A stretch of 64,000 nt of DNA from an uncultured Muribaculaceae bacterium (GCA_964395975.1 CAYNBZ010000001.1:28267-92266); one strand, 5' to 3'; shown: positions 20,095 to 30,077, counted from the stretch's first letter. Notes: generated by a model not told the origin, from the sequence alone. A program made the numbers and translations.

Positions 20095-21668
20095 ATCGTT
20101 TAATCACATCGATAGTCGCTTCGATGGTGGCACTTACGGCTCTATCTCAAACACAGGGTGAGCGGCCCCATCTTGTCGTGAGCATTGTTATCGATCAGCT
20201 ACGCAGTGACTACATAAATTTGTTGCAGGCGCATTTCGGGGAAGATGGTTTTAAGCGGCTTATGCGTGACGGAGCATTCTTGGAAAATGTGGAATTTGAT
20301 TTGCCGGGCATCGACATTGCTTCTGGTACTGCTTTGCTTATGAGCGGAGCTTATCCCAATGTTAATGGCATACCGAGTGCATTTGTATATGACCGCAAGT
20401 ATGACAAGTCGCAATATGTACTTGCCGACCCCGAGGCGATGGGTAACTTTACCGATGATGCTTATTCGCCTGCCGCTTATAGGGTGTCGACAATTGCCGA
20501 TGAATTGCGTGTGCATAGCAGAGGACTTGGTTATGTGCATTCGATTGCTGCCGATCCGCAACAGGCGATCTTGCTTGCCGGACATGCAGCCAACAGTGCA
20601 TTTTGGATTAACGACATAACCGGCAATTGGGCTTCGACAACATTTTATAAAGATGCGCCGCAGCTGTTGTCGGGGCGTAATTACAGAATGCCATTGTCGG
20701 CTAGGCTCGATACTATGTCGTGGGTGCCGGTAATGCCGCTCGATAATTATCCCGATATCCTTTCGTTCAAAAAATATTACCCATTCAGATATAGATATTC
20801 ATCGTCTGACCGCGATCGTTTCAACAAGTTCAAGAAAAGTGCTCTTGCCAACAGTGAAATTACAGCTGCTGCCATAGAATATTTGAATGTGTTGAAGCTC
20901 GGGAATCGTGGGCAGACCGATATGCTATGCCTCGGTTATACTGTGGCACCATATCAATATACAAACGATGGTGATAATCGGGTTGAAACACAAGATATTT
21001 ATATACGCCTTGACCGAGAACTCGGGCGTTTGTTTTCAGAAATTGACAAAAGTGTAGGTCTGGGCAATGCTATGATTTTTGTGGCATCTACTGGCTATTA
21101 CTGTGACAATGAACGCCCCGATGCGCGTTTTAATATACCTACCGGCGAATTTTATCCCAACCGAGCTGTTTCGTTGCTTAATATGTACTTGATGGCAATT
21201 TATGGTAACGGACAGTGGGTAAAAGGGTATTTCAACGGGCAGGTATTCTTGAATCACGATTTGATAAAGGAGAAAAATTTATCGCTAGGGGAGTTAAGAG
21301 CCAAGTCGAGTGAACTGTTGCGGCAAATGAGCGGAGTGAAGGCGGCCTATACTTTCGAGGAGATACTAAACAATCCTACAACTATCGAGGCCAGAGCGTT
21401 ACATTTTGCAACGGTACCTGCCTATTGTGGCGATGTGGTGATTGAAATAAGTCCCGGATGGCTTGTAATGGATCAAGGCACCAACGCATCGAAACTGGTG
21501 CGTACGAATGCCGTCAATACGCCTGTATTCATCATGGCACCAACGGTAAAGCCGCAGAAAGTGTCGCTGCCGGTTAATGCGACTGTCATCGCGCCAACTG
21601 TTGCAAGTATATTGCGGATACGTTCGCCCAATGCGGCTATGGCTGTGCCACTGAGCCTTGGCTATTGA
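20073..21668 (+). CDS. Alkaline-phosphatase-superfamily (NPP/phosphodiesterase-like) secreted protein, atypical motifs
   Basis: Signal peptide. HLVVSIVIDQLRSDYI resembles the NPP motif (SIDGFRADY), and SGAYPNVNGI resembles TGxYPxxHGI. It overlaps the DUF4105 gene by 22 nt. Confidence 0.65.
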   Translation: MHKAKQINRLITSIVASMVALTALSQTQGERPHLVVSIVIDQLRSDYINLLQAHFGEDGFKRLMRDGAFLENVEFDLPGIDIASGTALLMSGAYPNVNGIPSAFVYDRKYDKSQYVLADPEAMGNFTDDAYSPAAYRVSTIADELRVHSRGLGYVHSIAADPQQAILLAGHAANSAFWINDITGNWASTTFYKDAPQLLSGRNYRMPLSARLDTMSWVPVMPLDNYPDILSFKKYYPFRYRYSSSDRDRFNKFKKSALANSEITAAAIEYLNVLKLGNRGQTDMLCLGYTVAPYQYTNDGDNRVETQDIYIRLDRELGRLFSEIDKSVGLGNAMIFVASTGYYCDNERPDARFNIPTGEFYPNRAVSLLNMYLMAIYGNGQWVKGYFNGQVFLNHDLIKEKNLSLGELRAKSSELLRQMSGVKAAYTFEEILNNPTTIEARALHFATVPAYCGDVVIEISPGWLVMDQGTNASKLVRTNAVNTPVFIMAPTVKPQKVSLPVNATVIAPTVASILRIRSPNAAMAVPLSLGY

Positions 21669-21735
21669 TGTACTGTTTGAAGTTTGCTAATAAAGCTAAT
21701 AGGCTATTATTGTGGTGGATTATAAAAACTATTAT

Positions 21736-21743
21736 TAAATTTG
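21736..21743 (+). promoter_or_regulatory. -7 promoter box (TAAATTTG)
   Basis: Matches TAnnTTTG, about 105 nt upstream of the secA ATG. Confidence 0.4.
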
Positions 21744-21847
21744 CAACCTATTTGGTATCGTATGTTTTTAGTTATACGGGCCATATATGAGGGCATAAGT
21801 CCTAAAATCATTCACTATTAAGAAATAAATATAGAACATTTCATAAA

Positions 21848-24800
21848 ATGGGATTTACCAATTTACTAAAATCTCTTTTCGGAAACAAGTCGCAACGTGA
21901 CTTGAAAGCAATCATGCCTATCGTAAGTAAGATAAAGGCTGTTTATCCGGAAATAGAACAATTATCTAATGATGAATTGCGCCAACGTATAACCGACATA
22001 CGCGGACGTATTAAGGAATATGTTGCTCCACAACGAGAGGAAATCGCCAAGTTGAAAGAGAAAATCGAAACTCTTGAATATGAAAAACGTGAACCGCTAT
22101 GGGAACAGATAGACAAATATGAAAAAGAAATACTCGACCGCACCGAGGATATTCTTAATGAAGTGTTGCCAGAGGTGTTTGCCATAGTCAAGGACACTGC
22201 TCGCCGTTTCGCTCAAAACGAAACCATAGAAGTGACTGCTACCCTCTTCGACCGTGAGCTTGCGGCTCAGGGAAAGGATTTCCTTTATATCGATGGGGAC
22301 AAGGCCATATACAAAAACCATTGGATGGCCGGAGGAAATGAGATAAAGTGGGATATGATACACTATGACGTGCAGCTCATAGGAGGTATCGTTTTGCACC
22401 AAGGCAAAATTGCCGAAATGGCTACTGGCGAGGGTAAGACATTGGTAGCAACATTGCCGGTATTTCTTAATGCATTACCTGGTAACGGTGTACATGTTGT
22501 AACGGTTAACGACTATCTTGCCAAGCGTGACTCGGAATGGATGGGTCCGATATACATGTTCCACGGTATATCGGTCGATTGCATCGACAAGACGCAACCC
22601 AATTCGCCACAACGCCGAAAGGCTTATGATTGCGATATAACTTTTGGCACGAATAACGAGTTTGGTTTTGATTATTTGCGCGATAATATGGCAGTATCGC
22701 CTAACGACCTTGTGCAGCGTTCTCATAATTATGCCATTGTCGATGAGGTTGACTCTGTACTTATCGATGATGCCCGGACTCCGCTTATCATTTCGGGACC
22801 TGTGGCCAAGGGTAATGATCAGATGTTTGAACAATTCCGTCCCAATGTGGAGCGTGTGGTCAATGCCCAGAAAAAACTTGTTACCGATTTGCTCGGACAG
22901 GCAAAAACGCTTATGGCAAGTGATGACAGCGAAAAGGTCAAAGTAGGGACATTGCTACTGTATCGTGCCTATAAGGGGTTGCCCAAGAATGGTGCGTTAA
23001 TCAAGTTTTTGAGTCAAGAGGGGGTAAAGCAGCAAATGCTTAAAACCGAAGCACATTACATGCAAGACAATAGCCGTGAAATGTATATTGTCACCGATCC
23101 GTTATATTTTGTAATCGATGAAAAGAACAATAGCGTACAGCTCACCGACAAGGGTATTGATGTGTTGACAGGTACTACTTCCGACCCAACTTTTTTTGTG
23201 TTACCGGATATTGCTACAGAATTGTCGCAAGTAGAGAATGAGAATCTCAGCGATGAAGAAAAAGTGGCTAAAAAAGACGAACTGATGCAGAATTATGCCG
23301 TTAAAGCCGAACGTGTACACACTGTCAATCAGTTGCTCAAGGCCTATACGCTATTTACTCGCGATGTGGAGTATATTGTGTCGGAAGACGGAAAAGTGAA
23401 AATCGTTGATGAACAGACCGGACGTATAATGGAAGGCCGTCGCTATAGCGACGGATTGCATCAAGCTATTGAAGCTAAGGAAGGTGTCAAGGTGGAGGAT
23501 GCCACCCAGACGTTTGCTACCATTACGTTGCAGAATTACTTCCGAATGTATCACAAACTTGCCGGTATGACTGGTACGGCTGAAACCGAGGCCGGAGAAT
23601 TCTGGGATATTTACAAGCTTGATGTAGTTACGATTCCCACAAACAAACCGGTGCAGCGTAATGACATGGACGACCGTCTGTATCGAACGAAGAAAGAAAA
23701 ATACAATGCTGTTATAGATGAGATTGTTGCGATGGTGAAAGCAGGACGTCCGGTGCTTGTAGGCACTACATCGGTCGAGATTTCAGAACTGCTTAGCCGA
23801 ATGCTTACCATGCGCCGTATTCAGCATAACGTGCTTAATGCGAAGTTGCACCAACGCGAAGCAGAGATAGTTGCACAGGCAGGGCAGAAAGCCGTGGTGA
23901 CCATAGCTACCAATATGGCGGGTCGTGGTACCGACATCAAGCTTGCTCCGGAGGTGCGTGCCGCAGGCGGTCTTGCCATCATAGGTACAGAACGGCATGA
24001 ATCGCGGCGTGTCGACAGGCAGTTGCGTGGTCGATCTGGCCGTCAGGGTGACCCGGGGTCATCGGTATTCTTCGTGTCATTTGAAGATACAGTAATGCGC
24101 TTGTTTGCAGGTGATAACGTTGCCAAGATGATTGACCGGTTTGGTGGCTTGGCAGAAGGAGAACCTCTTGAATCTCCTATGTTGTCGAAAGTGGTGGAAC
24201 GTGCCCAAAAACGTGTCGAAGAAAATAATTTCGGTATCCGTAAGCACTTGCTTGAATATGACGATGTGATGAACACTCAGCGTAACGTTATATATACACG
24301 TCGTTATCATGCTTTGATGGGCGAACGTATAGGTCTTGACATCGTAAATATGATCAGGGAGAACATTGAGGTCATAGTGGGTGATCACAGCGCACAGGAC
24401 GATTATCCCGACTTGCGTATGAAAGTGATGACTAACTATGCTGTAGAGACTCCATTTAGTGAAAAGGAATTCTTGAAAATGGAGCCAAATGAAATGGTGG
24501 AAAAGATATATAATGAGGTAATTGCTACATTCCGTCGTAAGAGCGACCGTATGGCCGAAGTAGCATTCCCTATCATAAAGATGATTGTGGAGCAACATGC
24601 CGATGCTAAGGATAAAATGATGCGAGTACCTGTTTCTGACGGCCGTCACACATTTGGCATACCTGTTAATCTTGGTGAGGCATACAATACCGAGGGTAAG
24701 AGCATTGCCAAGGCATGGCAGAAGGCAATCCTCTTGATGACCATCGATGAGGCTTGGAAAGAGCATTTGCGTGAACTCGATCAGTTGCGTCAGTCAGTGC

Positions 24801-25228
24801 AGAATGCAAGCTACGAGCAAAAAGACCCGCTGTTGATTTACAAGATAGAGTCGTTTAATCTTTTTGCAACGATGCTCAATAATATGAACACCAAGGCAAT
24901 TTCAATATTGATGAGGGGCTTTATCCCTGTTCAGCAGCAACCGCAGCCATCGACCGGAATGCCGTCTAATGTGTCGGTATCGGGTAACTTCGCACAAGCT
25001 GCTATGCCGCAAGCTCCGGCAATGCGCAATGAGGGTCGTCGTCCTCGATATACCGAGAGTAAGGAGGCTTATCCCGGGGCTGATGCTCAACATCGGGCTG
25101 CAAGTCAACCGCAGGGTCAGCAGCAACGCCGTACTCCTATTGTAAAAACGGGACCTAAAATCGGGCGTAATGACCCATGTCCTTGCGGAAGTGGGAAAAA
25201 ATACAAAGACTGTCATGGTCGAAATTGA
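21848..25228 (+). CDS. secA: Preprotein translocase ATPase SecA
   Basis: 1126 aa. Walker [19 protein letters not shown]-like [22 protein letters not shown]-terminal zinc finger [14 protein letters not shown]. Confidence 0.95.
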   Translation: MGFTNLLKSLFGNKSQRDLKAIMPIVSKIKAVYPEIEQLSNDELRQRITDIRGRIKEYVAPQREEIAKLKEKIETLEYEKREPLWEQIDKYEKEILDRTEDILNEVLPEVFAIVKDTARRFAQNETIEVTATLFDRELAAQGKDFLYIDGDKAIYKNHWMAGGNEIKWDMIHYDVQLIGGIVLHQGKIAEMATGEGKTLVATLPVFLNALPGNGVHVVTVNDYLAKRDSEWMGPIYMFHGISVDCIDKTQPNSPQRRKAYDCDITFGTNNEFGFDYLRDNMAVSPNDLVQRSHNYAIVDEVDSVLIDDARTPLIISGPVAKGNDQMFEQFRPNVERVVNAQKKLVTDLLGQAKTLMASDDSEKVKVGTLLLYRAYKGLPKNGALIKFLSQEGVKQQMLKTEAHYMQDNSREMYIVTDPLYFVIDEKNNSVQLTDKGIDVLTGTTSDPTFFVLPDIATELSQVENENLSDEEKVAKKDELMQNYAVKAERVHTVNQLLKAYTLFTRDVEYIVSEDGKVKIVDEQTGRIMEGRRYSDGLHQAIEAKEGVKVEDATQTFATITLQNYFRMYHKLAGMTGTAETEAGEFWDIYKLDVVTIPTNKPVQRNDMDDRLYRTKKEKYNAVIDEIVAMVKAGRPVLVGTTSVEISELLSRMLTMRRIQHNVLNAKLHQREAEIVAQAGQKAVVTIATNMAGRGTDIKLAPEVRAAGGLAIIGTERHESRRVDRQLRGRSGRQGDPGSSVFFVSFEDTVMRLFAGDNVAKMIDRFGGLAEGEPLESPMLSKVVERAQKRVEENNFGIRKHLLEYDDVMNTQRNVIYTRRYHALMGERIGLDIVNMIRENIEVIVGDHSAQDDYPDLRMKVMTNYAVETPFSEKEFLKMEPNEMVEKIYNEVIATFRRKSDRMAEVAFPIIKMIVEQHADAKDKMMRVPVSDGRHTFGIPVNLGEAYNTEGKSIAKAWQKAILLMTIDEAWKEHLRELDQLRQSVQNASYEQKDPLLIYKIESFNLFATMLNNMNTKAISILMRGFIPVQQQPQPSTGMPSNVSVSGNFAQAAMPQAPAMRNEGRRPRYTESKEAYPGADAQHRAASQPQGQQQRRTPIVKTGPKIGRNDPCPCGSGKKYKDCHGRN

Positions 25229-25318
25229 CCGTTATAGTTCAAACTGATAAATGCTGATTGCTGCATCAAGGGTATATCTTTGGATGCAGCAGTTGGGGAG
25301 GTAAATAGAATAAAATCA

Positions 25319-25360
25319 GCCAACTAATTCGCAACACTTTGTGTATGAATTAGTTGGCTA
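25319..25360. terminator. Bidirectional intrinsic terminator between secA and the convergent sensor kinase gene
   Basis: Perfect 13-bp stem AGCCAACTAATTC / GAATTAGTTGGCT with a 16-nt loop, flanked by A-rich (left) and T-rich (right) tracts. Confidence 0.55.
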
Positions 25361-25459
25361 ATTTTATACTATTTGCTGAATGTCCCTATGTGTATAAGCT
25401 TGAATGATTGCAGACTCTTCACAATGTGATAGAAAGAATCGTTTTTTATGGGTTGAGGT

Positions 25460-27751
25460 TTAGAATTGTCCCATGATGTGCTTGTGGCAAAGTTCCAGCA
25501 GTGAATTACGATTTACCGGCTTTATAAGATAATCGGTGGCTCCTGCCGTTATTGCATCTTCAATCTCTGATTTTGAACCTGATGGCAGGACTGCTACAAT
25601 TGGAGTCATTGCCGAGAATGAGTGGATTCTCTGAATGGCTTTCAATCCGTTGTCCGATGAAATATTCACACCGGCTAACACCATGTCTATATTTTTGTTC
25701 CGGCAGGCAGTAATGGCTTCATCGGCAGTTCGGACATGGATGAGCTGTAATTTGCTGCCAAGTCGTTCTAATAGCACTTTGAGGTATAAGAATGAAGTGC
25801 TTTCGGCTTCTACAATCAGTACAGTAGGGTAGTTGGGATTGGCTATTACTGCTCCAGAAACCGGTGAGTTGTCGGTAATTTTCAGAGGTAGCCTTAATGT
25901 GAAAGTAGACCCAACACCTTGTTCCGATTTGAATGTGAGCGAGCCTTGCAGGAGTTGGGCGTTGCGTTGGGCGATTGTAAGCCCAAGTCCCATTTTTTCG
26001 TGCAGGTTCATTATGTCGTTTTGCCGGTTGTCGAAAATCTGTGTTAGCAGCATTTGTCGCCGTTTAGGAATTCCTATGCCGGTATCGTTGACCGATATGA
26101 GTATATTGTGCTTATCATCGGCAATGCGGTAGCCAAAGGTTATTTTCCCTTGTGCCGTGTATTTTAGAGAGTTGTCGAGCAAGTGGTAAATAATTTTGGA
26201 AATGCGTTCACGGTCGCTGATGATATGGCTTTCCTCATCTTTTAGTGGTAAAACGAGGTTGATGTTTACGGCGCGTTCACTTACGATAATTTTGAAATCA
26301 TCGTATATGACCTTGAGCAAGTCGTTTATACACACATCGCCTATATTCAGCTGTGCGCCTTTTGAGTATGAGTTTGAGAAATCGGCAATATCATCGATGG
26401 CTTGCTTGATTTTTAATGCCGAGTGGCTGATTATTTTCCCATATCCTATGATTTCTTGTTGTTTCAACCCGGGGGTTGATATAATCTCGGTAAAATCGTC
26501 GATAGTGTTGAGAGGAGCTTTCAGTTCACGGGCAAGATTCTCTATGAAAGCCCCGCGATAAGCATTTAAGCGGTCGGTTTCTTCTTTTGAGCGTATGAGT
26601 TCTTCGTTGAGGGCGTTTACTGTTTGGTTGGTGATTTTCAAGTACCGTTTTAGCTTCCGGTTACGGATGGTTGAAATTATGATAAATATTATCACTATTA
26701 TTGTCGCCACAATTGTTGCAAACGTATATGGCCAAAAGTCGCTTCTTGATGAGAATATGCTTGGCGGCTCGTTAATGATGCGGCTTTTATCGGGCAATGC
26801 CGACGGGTCAATGCCGAATCGCATCAATTGATTGTAGTCGAATATGTATTGCAACCGGCTTTGGTCATTGATGTGTATTGACTTAATACTGTCCCCTGTT
26901 AGTAATTGTGCTACCATCAGGCCTGCAGCTTGCCCTTGCTCACGCTGTGACACCATCTGTCCACCAAATACCCCATCTCCTAGGCCGTGGGACCATAGGT
27001 GGAATAGGGGCGATTGAAGGTTGGATGTGATTAGATTCAAGCTTTCGTAAAACCTTTTTGTATTGCCGTCGCAATCGGTGTATGCTGAAAGCAACAATAC
27101 TGGCACATTGGCCGGTATTATGCGTAATGTGTCGGCTAATTGGGCGAATGTTATTCTACTTAAGTCAATTATTTCGTGTTCACTCCACATCAAAGTTGCC
27201 ACAGAAGCAAAAGTCCTTGAATCGGTACGACCCGTAAGGGATCCATCGGAGATCGCTATTGCGCGTGGAGAGTCGGGGAATAATTCACTCATGAGCCGTA
27301 TTGTACCTCTCAGTCCAAGTGATTCTATCACACCGGTCATCCTTGGGTTGTCTTCTTGATCAAGTGCGGCGCGTTCGTTATTGACCCCAAGGAAAACTAT
27401 AGGTATATCGGCAAATAAACTGTCTTGTTCGTTGAGAGCGAATGTGAAAGCGTTGTCATCGGCTACTACAACCACATCATACTGAGGCAACAATGAAAGT
27501 TTGTAATTAAGGCGTTGCTTGAACGATACTATGTTGTCGTGTTGAGGAAACCGCTTGCAATCCATCTCTTCAATGTCGATGGTTATTGTATCGCTGTTGA
27601 GTACGGAGTGCAGACCGTCGATTTGTAACTCTACTGTGGGAAAAGAGGTGTCGTATGATGTTATGAATAAAATGTATCTTTGCCTTGAAACCATTTGCAA
27701 GTTGCATATTACAAGCAAGATAGCGGTTAAAATGTATTTCAGTATCGGCAT
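25460..27751 (-). CDS. Hybrid sensor kinase-like protein (periplasmic solute-binding-like domain, TM, DHp, HATPase_c, receiver) with degenerate phospho-acceptor sites
   Basis: 763 aa. N box LLDNSLKYT, G1 VNDTGIGIP and G2 GLGLTIA are present. The H-box reads FIENLARELKAPLNTI, with Arg where His is expected. The receiver reads VLIVEAES...IDMVLAGVNISSDNG...YLIKPV, with no Asp at the acceptor position. Confidence 0.8.
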   Translation of the reverse strand: MPILKYILTAILLVICNLQMVSRQRYILFITSYDTSFPTVELQIDGLHSVLNSDTITIDIEEMDCKRFPQHDNIVSFKQRLNYKLSLLPQYDVVVVADDNAFTFALNEQDSLFADIPIVFLGVNNERAALDQEDNPRMTGVIESLGLRGTIRLMSELFPDSPRAIAISDGSLTGRTDSRTFASVATLMWSEHEIIDLSRITFAQLADTLRIIPANVPVLLLSAYTDCDGNTKRFYESLNLITSNLQSPLFHLWSHGLGDGVFGGQMVSQREQGQAAGLMVAQLLTGDSIKSIHINDQSRLQYIFDYNQLMRFGIDPSALPDKSRIINEPPSIFSSRSDFWPYTFATIVATIIVIIFIIISTIRNRKLKRYLKITNQTVNALNEELIRSKEETDRLNAYRGAFIENLARELKAPLNTIDDFTEIISTPGLKQQEIIGYGKIISHSALKIKQAIDDIADFSNSYSKGAQLNIGDVCINDLLKVIYDDFKIIVSERAVNINLVLPLKDEESHIISDRERISKIIYHLLDNSLKYTAQGKITFGYRIADDKHNILISVNDTGIGIPKRRQMLLTQIFDNRQNDIMNLHEKMGLGLTIAQRNAQLLQGSLTFKSEQGVGSTFTLRLPLKITDNSPVSGAVIANPNYPTVLIVEAESTSFLYLKVLLERLGSKLQLIHVRTADEAITACRNKNIDMVLAGVNISSDNGLKAIQRIHSFSAMTPIVAVLPSGSKSEIEDAITAGATDYLIKPVNRNSLLELCHKHIMGQF

Positions 27752-27858
27752 ATCAAACGTAAAAATGGGTTAGTTTTGTAGTTCCAAATCACGGATGTTG
27801 CATCCTTTTGTATGCTTCGATACAAAAATATAAAACAAGCCAAGTAAATGCAAATTTT

Positions 27859-28896
27859 TTACAACGTCACTTCTCCACAAAGTGAGTAGCTTAGGTATTT
27901 CTTTACATTCTCGGGAGGTAGTCCCATACCGAACAGATACATCATTTTGGTGATTGCCGCTTCGCTGGTGATGTCGTGGCCGCTTATTACGCCAGCTCGT
28001 GTCAGTTTGTTGCCCGTGTCGTAAAGTGTGGTGTGTACACCGCCATTTACGCACTGTGTAACATTCAGTATTACGATACCACGTTCCACGGCTTCGTGGA
28101 TGGCATTGATGAACCAAGTATCTTCCGGTCCATTGCCGGCACCGAATGTTTTCAGCACTATTCCTTTTATTTCTGGGGTGTTGAGCAGGTGTCTTAGTGT
28201 GCTTTCTTTCATGCCGGGGTTTAGGTCTATGAACATCACATTTGGATCCATGTTGTATCTGACTTTGAGCGGACGGCGGGATGGCACTCGGTATAGCACT
28301 TCTTCATTGAAATTTATTCCAAGTCCTATTTTTGCCAATGCAGGGTAATTGTTGCTTTTGAATGCGTTGAAGTTGTCGGCACTCATCTTTGTGCTTCGGT
28401 TGCCGCGCCACAAATAATTTTCGAACAGTATGGCCACTTCTCTTACCATCGGTTCTCCGTCCTTATCGCGTGCTGCTGCCACTTGCAGAGCTGTGATTAG
28501 ATTTTCCTCTCCATCGGTGCGAACTTCACCTATCGGAAGTTGTGAGCCGGTGATTATGACCGGCTTATGCAGGTTTTCGAGCATAAAACTGAGTGCTGAG
28601 GCCGTGAAAGCCATGGTGTCGGTTCCATGCAACACAACAAATCCATCGACTGCATCATAGTTGTCTTCTATTGCTGCGGCGATGTCGCTCCAATGCAAAG
28701 GCGACATATTGGCACTGTCGATGGGGGGATTAAATTGTATATTGGCTATGTCATAATCGAGTTTCTTAATTTTTGGCACATTATCGATGAGATGTGTAAA
28801 ATCGAAAGGCTGTAAAGCCTTTGTCAAAGGGTTTTCAATCATTCCGATGGTGCCACCCGTATAGATTATCAGTATCTTAGGCCGTTTCCCCTCCAT
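27859..28896 (-). CDS. ansA: L-asparaginase, type I (cytoplasmic)
   Basis: Motifs: ILIIYTGGTIGM (nucleophile Thr), VVLHGTDTM. I prefer the start at MEGKRPK (28896), which fits the promoter box at 28917-28924. Confidence 0.85.
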   Translation of the reverse strand: MEGKRPKILIIYTGGTIGMIENPLTKALQPFDFTHLIDNVPKIKKLDYDIANIQFNPPIDSANMSPLHWSDIAAAIEDNYDAVDGFVVLHGTDTMAFTASALSFMLENLHKPVIITGSQLPIGEVRTDGEENLITALQVAAARDKDGEPMVREVAILFENYLWRGNRSTKMSADNFNAFKSNNYPALAKIGLGINFNEEVLYRVPSRRPLKVRYNMDPNVMFIDLNPGMKESTLRHLLNTPEIKGIVLKTFGAGNGPEDTWFINAIHEAVERGIVILNVTQCVNGGVHTTLYDTGNKLTRAGVISGHDITSEAAITKMMYLFGMGLPPENVKKYLSYSLCGEVTL

Positions 28897-28916
28897 ATCG
28901 ATTTTGAATTTTTGTG

Positions 28917-28924
28917 CAAAAATA
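28917..28924 (-). promoter_or_regulatory. -7 promoter box (TATTTTTG on minus strand) for ansA
   Basis: Matches TAnnTTTG, 20 nt upstream of the ATG at 28896. Confidence 0.45.
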
Positions 28925-28930
28925 GGTATA

Positions 28931-28960
28931 ATTGTCGCATATTTGAAATTATGCGACAAT
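28931..28960 (-). terminator. Hairpin immediately after the stop of the FMN-enzyme gene (terminator or operator)
   Basis: Perfect 11-bp inverted repeat ATTGTCGCATA-N8-TATGCGACAAT, followed on the minus strand by a U-rich stretch. Confidence 0.5.
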
Positions 28961-29986
28961 TTATAACTTGCTCACTACGCAGTCGCGAGTAATTTCGGCA
29001 ATGCTTGTCACACCACACATTTCCATTGTGTCTTGCAGTTCATCGGCGATTTTCTGTATGTAGCATTTCACACCCTCTTCGGCTCCGCCAAATGCCGCCA
29101 CCACCATAGGGCGACATATCAGTACGCCATCTGCACCGAGAGCCAAAGCTTTGAACACATCGACACCTGAGCGTATTCCACCATCAACAAGCACTTTGCA
29201 CCGACCATTTATCGCACTGGCTATATCTTCAAGTACTTCGGCAGTGGACTGGCATTGGTCGAGAACACGTCCTCCGTGATTTGATACCACGATGGCTGTT
29301 GCGCCGGCTTCAATGGCTTTTTCTGCTCCGCGCACTGTCATTATGCCTTTTACGATGAAAGGCCGTCCTGCTATTTGGATGATTTTTCTCAGTTCGTTCA
29401 CGTTTTTGTTGCCTGCCGGCGGGTTGCTGTTGCGCAAGAATGGCAATCCTGCTGCATCGATGTCCATTGCTATGGCCATAGCGTTGCAGTCGATGGCATA
29501 TTGAATTTTTCTTTTTATGGTTTCGGAATCCCACGGTTTGATTGTTGGTATGCCCGTACCACCCATTTTTCCTATCGATTCACAGGCCATGGGGACTACC
29601 TGCTCAAGCACACCGTCACCGGTAAATGCGGCGATACCTGCTTCTGCACAAGCTTTCACCATGATTTCATTGTATTGTTGGTCGTTGTATTTTTCACCGA
29701 AATGGATGTTCACCGCACCTACCGGCGCGGCAAAAAAAGGATAACGGAATTTTCTCCCAAACATCTCTATGCTCATATCAACGTCACGTTTTGTACAGAT
29801 AGTATCCATCTTTACCCGCACCTGTCGCCAAGAGTCATAATTGCGCATAGCAGTGTCGCCTATGCCTTTTGCTCCGGGACCGGGTATCATGTTGCGACAG
29901 GCACGTCCGTTACATTCATCACACGCTTTGCACAGTTTCCCACCGAGTGCAGTGCGAGCATTTTTGATTATTTCATAGTGTGTCAT
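28961..29986 (-). CDS. FMN-dependent alpha-hydroxy-acid dehydrogenase/oxidase family protein with an N-terminal Cys cluster
   Basis: 341 aa. TIM-barrel FMN motifs (VSNHGGRVLD, DGGIRSGVDVFKALALGA). The N-terminal CKACDECNGRAC follows a CxxCxxCxxxxC pattern. Confidence 0.75.
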   Translation of the reverse strand: MTHYEIIKNARTALGGKLCKACDECNGRACRNMIPGPGAKGIGDTAMRNYDSWRQVRVKMDTICTKRDVDMSIEMFGRKFRYPFFAAPVGAVNIHFGEKYNDQQYNEIMVKACAEAGIAAFTGDGVLEQVVPMACESIGKMGGTGIPTIKPWDSETIKRKIQYAIDCNAMAIAMDIDAAGLPFLRNSNPPAGNKNVNELRKIIQIAGRPFIVKGIMTVRGAEKAIEAGATAIVVSNHGGRVLDQCQSTAEVLEDIASAINGRCKVLVDGGIRSGVDVFKALALGADGVLICRPMVVAAFGGAEEGVKCYIQKIADELQDTMEMCGVTSIAEITRDCVVSKL

Positions 29987-30010
29987 GATATGGTTCTCCC
30001 AAAATTAAAA

Positions 30011-30050
30011 GATGTGCATAATGCCCACACAGTGAGGCAACATGCACATC
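30011..30050 (-). terminator. Possible terminator after tyrS
   Basis: 9-bp stem GATGTGCAT / ATGCACATC with a 22-nt loop, followed on the minus strand by TTTTAATTTTG. That tract also contains a TAATTTTG -7-like box at 30000-30007. Confidence 0.4.
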
Positions 30051-30077
30051 ACGACAACCTGTGGTGTTGCTCTGCTT

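Noticed and set aside
24077-24766. Long antisense ORFs inside well-supported genes: 229 aa opposite secA, 5504-6208 opposite manA, 29375-30091 opposite the FMN enzyme gene, 32147-32860 opposite pepT, 38812-39372 opposite pdxJ
   Set aside because: Each lies entirely within a gene with strong family motifs on the other strand. Their translations are low-complexity or Cys/His/Arg-rich with no recognisable domain. This is typical of shadow ORFs.
25259-25293. Hairpin TGCTGCATC..GATGCAGCA directly after the secA stop
   Set aside because: The stem is 9 bp with a large loop and no downstream U-tract. The stronger hairpin at 25319-25360 is a better terminator candidate.
27754-27761. TACGTTTG (minus strand) matching the -7 promoter consensus just upstream of the sensor kinase gene
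   Set aside because: The box abuts the ATG at 27751, so transcription would start inside the coding region and remove the N-terminal signal/TM segment. It is probably a chance match, and the kinase may be read through from ansA.
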